Source: Fidelibacterota bacterium
Lineage (GTDB): Bacteria > Fidelibacterota > Marinisomatia > Marinisomatales > UBA2128
Direction: 5' to 3'
NCBI GenBank assembly: GCA_046861645.1
Contig: JBHHUM010000038.1
Location: 1 to 18,729, forward strand
DNA length: 18,729 bases
A model generated the notes under the pieces. It saw nothing but the letters and a program-made list of their open reading frames with translations. It was not told the origin of the DNA and searched no databases. Made by a program: the position numbers and the translations under genes. Below are positions 16,701-18,729 of the stretch, piece by piece; position 1 is the stretch's first letter; every line of letters begins with the position of its first letter.

Positions 16701-18728
16701 CCAGGTTACATTACCTTCTGCTTTATTTTTCTTGAACTCTGTTAAAGGAATCCGGTAAAGCCGCCAGCCTGTTGAGGTCTCCCCACCCTGATAGATCTCC
16801 CAATCGTAACTCACATCGCTCAATTCGAAGGTTACCGTAAAGTAATCATTGTCATCATCCAGACGACCATCTCTGCTGATATCTTCATCATCAGGATATC
16901 TTGGTTCTAGAGGATGAGCCGCCGTTCCATTCCCCTGAGTACCATTGATAAATTGGTACTTTCCAGGGGTTTCAGTCGCCGTCTCACTGAAAGCCCAGTT
17001 ATCATTATTAGGATCGTTAGGATCAATATCACTCTCAGTATAGATAAGATTTTCAAGATTAAGTGCCAGGGCTTCAGCATAAGTGAGGGAATCTAAACAT
17101 CCGCCATAACCATCTTCATACGCATCTTCACACAAATCCAAACCGATGTCTTCATCATCATCCAACATTGTGTCTCCTGACGGTAACCCGGGAAGAGGAC
17201 GGTCTTCAGTATCATGTAAACCATTTCCATTTCGGTCTTCACTAATAAGACCAAGATCCACTGTCATCCTACCCGTGGAAGCATCCGTTTTCAACCAGAT
17301 CTCAAAAAACTTACTATCAGACTGGTTATAATCACCCGAGTACAGGGTAGCTGTGATGCTGGCCCAGTTAGAATCAGGATCATCACTTGCCGTCTGTTCC
17401 TCCCGGCGTGAATAGTCGAGGACAAGCACATCTGTACGCTCATTCTGAGCACGGATGCTCGTCTCCTGATTAGGCCATATATCCCGCGTTGCGACTTGAT
17501 TATAAGGATTGTACCAAAACATGCGGGCCCGTTTTCTCTCACTGAGAGGATGGTCAAGGGAATCCACTGGGGCAGAACCTCTATTCCAGAATCGATATCT
17601 TACCGGCATGCTTGTAGTACGCTTGGCTCCTTCAAAATCGTCAATAAATGCCACTCCGTGAGGGTCATTTGTATTTTCGTTATTGACCGGATTCGGATTG
17701 GGCAATACCTGAGCGTACTCCCCTTCAATCTTGAATGATGATGGCTTGTTCGTTTCGATTAAGGGCAATTTGTCAACTGCTCTAGTGAGTAGATCAATTT
17801 TAGTCTCGAAACGACCGTTAAGGTCCCAAATGAAATTCCTTGTGGGCTCATAACCAACCTCGATTTTCTCGTTCATAACCGTCTGGTTATAATAAAGAGC
17901 TGTAGCACCAATGAAGGAATTTTCTCCAAAATCCATCTGCGCCCGGGAACCGACGATAGTCTTCTTATCGAATGAAACCAGCTCATGTTTGTCATACAGA
18001 ATTTCCAAATTGGCATCTGGAGAATTGATTTCTTCCGTCAGGAAAGTGACCGTACCAGTCATATAATCAATATAATAATCGGTGCCCCGCTGGAGCTGAA
18101 CATTATTCAGGAAAACCTGTTCACTCCCCTCCACCAACATGAACCCACCGAGGTTGATCGTCGAGCTGGTATTAGTGTAAGTTACATTGATCTCGAACTT
18201 GGTATCGGCCCGAATATTTATACTATTGGTACTATTATACATAAGGGCAGTATCCGGGAGTACACCCTCAAGCTCGGTATTAGGATTCCCTTCACCATAA
18301 TAGGGATCAGAAAAATCTAATTCAAAGGGATGCAGCATGGGAAAGATCAGTTCGCCAGTCTCGTAGTTAATTATATTGGGATTTTCGGCATCAATAAGAT
18401 CATCAGGGATGTGATTATTATTCAGATCCCTTTCATCAAGACCAAAGAGTTGAAGATAATTATTCCCATCCTTATCCATTTCGTTATTTCCGTAGGTGCC
18501 GTGTTTATACGTAATAGTTACATCGAATCCCTCTTTCTCAATTTTAGTGGTACCCAGATAATAAACATTGCGGAACATTAAAGGCCACGTAGAATGACCC
18601 GGATTGGGAGTTAGCGGTTTAATCAACTTTAGATTCAGGGTATCTCCTTCCGCAGCTTCTGTGCTGAGATCACCCACTGTCTTAAATACTTCCTCCTCTC
18701 CCGGACGAGAAAGAGTATAAGACACCGC
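13788..18728 (-). CDS. sprA: T9SS outer-membrane translocon SprA/Sov, 5'-truncated by the window
   Basis: The frame encodes more than 1645 aa and is open to the window edge. SprA-type motifs: 'WPLMFRNVY', 'GTDYYIDYMTGTV', 'FIDDFEG', 'RARMFWYN', 'DLGLISED', 'EDIGLD', 'WRLYRIPL', 'IRFMRL', 'EVWVDELRL', followed by a long run of amphipathic beta-strands. Confidence 0.92.
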   Translation of the reverse strand, partial: AVSYTLSRPGEEEVFKTVGDLSTEAAEGDTLNLKLIKPLTPNPGHSTWPLMFRNVYYLGTTKIEKEGFDVTITYKHGTYGNNEMDKDGNNYLQLFGLDERDLNNNHIPDDLIDAENPNIINYETGELIFPMLHPFELDFSDPYYGEGNPNTELEGVLPDTALMYNSTNSINIRADTKFEINVTYTNTSSTINLGGFMLVEGSEQVFLNNVQLQRGTDYYIDYMTGTVTFLTEEINSPDANLEILYDKHELVSFDKKTIVGSRAQMDFGENSFIGATALYYNQTVMNEKIEVGYEPTRNFIWDLNGRFETKIDLLTRAVDKLPLIETNKPSSFKIEGEYAQVLPNPNPVNNENTNDPHGVAFIDDFEGAKRTTSMPVRYRFWNRGSAPVDSLDHPLSERKRARMFWYNPYNQVATRDIWPNQETSIRAQNERTDVLVLDYSRREEQTASDDPDSNWASITATLYSGDYNQSDSKFFEIWLKTDASTGRMTVDLGLISEDRNGNGLHDTEDRPLPGLPSGDTMLDDDEDIGLDLCEDAYEDGYGGCLDSLTYAEALALNLENLIYTESDIDPNDPNNDNWAFSETATETPGKYQFINGTQGNGTAAHPLEPRYPDDEDISRDGRLDDDNDYFTVTFELSDVSYDWEIYQGGETSTGWRLYRIPLTEFKKNKAEGNVTWDTIRFMRLTVSGVEDKAQIAIAKIELVGNEWQEIGVKTADEEEYTLNDSVFAVTIVNTEDNDDYDPPKGVQGEFDQLNQIRLKEQSLVLKFNNLSPREEGAAKKNLTRLTKDRAQSYMAYKTMKLYTYGKGNTIKSDTTNVEFFIRFGHFDGLDEVFYEVRQPVYRGWDEDEGRNVITIDLNFLAHLKLRDTTNINLLNEHDLFVVTDSTRRYVSTDNGGVDTLRTYFIRGNPALNRLEYFIMGVRNLSTSQDVSGEVWVDELRLSNVRKDRGAAMRLQTSLTLADLGSATMTIKREGADFHKLQERFGSGQLSNRETFRVDSRLNLNKLFPQAWGLSLPVNVGYSEDVTIPKYSPGTDVLLDREMAPDSLLTISRQTTFSTSYSKSTKSDKFLTKYTVDRLKGGFSSTQGFTSNEQKFTNTRNYSGNVSYNLSFGRDNYWTPLKFLKGVPWLGTKIADTHLYYTPSSVDLSMAATEAFSEITKRVGESVPESYNLGLSRSFKASYKILENLNTNYSKTIKSDMDEYRARHLDALREMKAGIITDVSESFTTNFTPAIFTWLKPSMNYSANYRWSDPINSTTKGAQITSQTRIASSLTLSPKTILETVYTPPKKTRSTSRRRGRRVGERKEKKEEETKKPKSEGLQKILGVLYQGATKINPISITYSLSRAQNSFGVLGTPSIPYRFGFEQKLGLEHSEDVGVNTGSLGNQQDMTLRTGLSLTRKITTTFSYASNKSWGVDGNNIETRSTTQDFVPLGSTGDNGLALPSWTLRWSGIENWPLIKLVAKSASLEHAFSGRQTKTWQDNEILSSKYSASFSPMVGISMTMVKGISFTTRFSRTKSIDNTLGGLRSTRVNLDTTWTATVNYSHKGGIKIPIFFFRDFNLENTINFTLAVDYSSSETLQREGAAGKLQNTGWQRSWKISPKITYSFTRRVTGGIWYEYRESKAFRVGRKINRDFGFDVNIAIQG

Positions 18729-18729
18729 C

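Noticed and set aside
14101..18581. Plus-strand ORFs of 60-135 aa opposite sprA (e.g. 14101..14508, 17985..18320) and the off-frame minus ORF 17291..17557
   Set aside because: They lie entirely within a well-supported gene and show no recognisable motifs; they are best explained as shadow ORFs.
1..18729. CRISPR arrays, tRNA/rRNA genes, IS elements, prophage or defence genes
   Set aside because: The window is almost fully coding, with the largest intergenic gap being 87 bp (7635-7721). I saw no repeat arrays, transposase or integrase motifs. The nuclease has export signals, which argues against a cytoplasmic defence role.

Overview
Gene-dense bacterial window with two convergent, tightly packed gene clusters for cell-envelope and secretion functions. 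The gene families point to an FCB-superphylum organism, probably outside classical Bacteroidota (e.g. Marinimicrobia, Calditrichota or Ignavibacteria-like); this taxonomy is inference only. The plus strand (<3..5840) carries a partial hypothetical protein, a TonB-dependent receptor, a PorV/PorQ-family barrel and an NHL beta-propeller lipoprotein. The minus strand (>18728..5850) carries a partial type IX secretion (T9SS) translocon gene sprA/sov, an M28-family enzyme with glutaminyl-cyclase motifs, a lipoprotein with two choice-of-anchor-X-like motifs, a PorZ-like propeller with a T9SS C-terminal domain (CTD), two more PorV/PorQ-family barrels, a YibQ-like divergent polysaccharide deacetylase and a CTD-bearing EEP nuclease with a lamin-tail domain. 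The strongest signals are a compact non-canonical T9SS operon, a glutaminyl cyclase beside sprA with Gln at the predicted mature N-terminus of 5 of 7 SPI-type proteins, a TBDR-PorV-lipoprotein module with no SusD, and a 6-codon in-frame upstream ORF with duplicated RBS before the nuclease. I found no RNA genes, CRISPR arrays or mobile elements. All family calls come from motifs read by eye; no database search was run.
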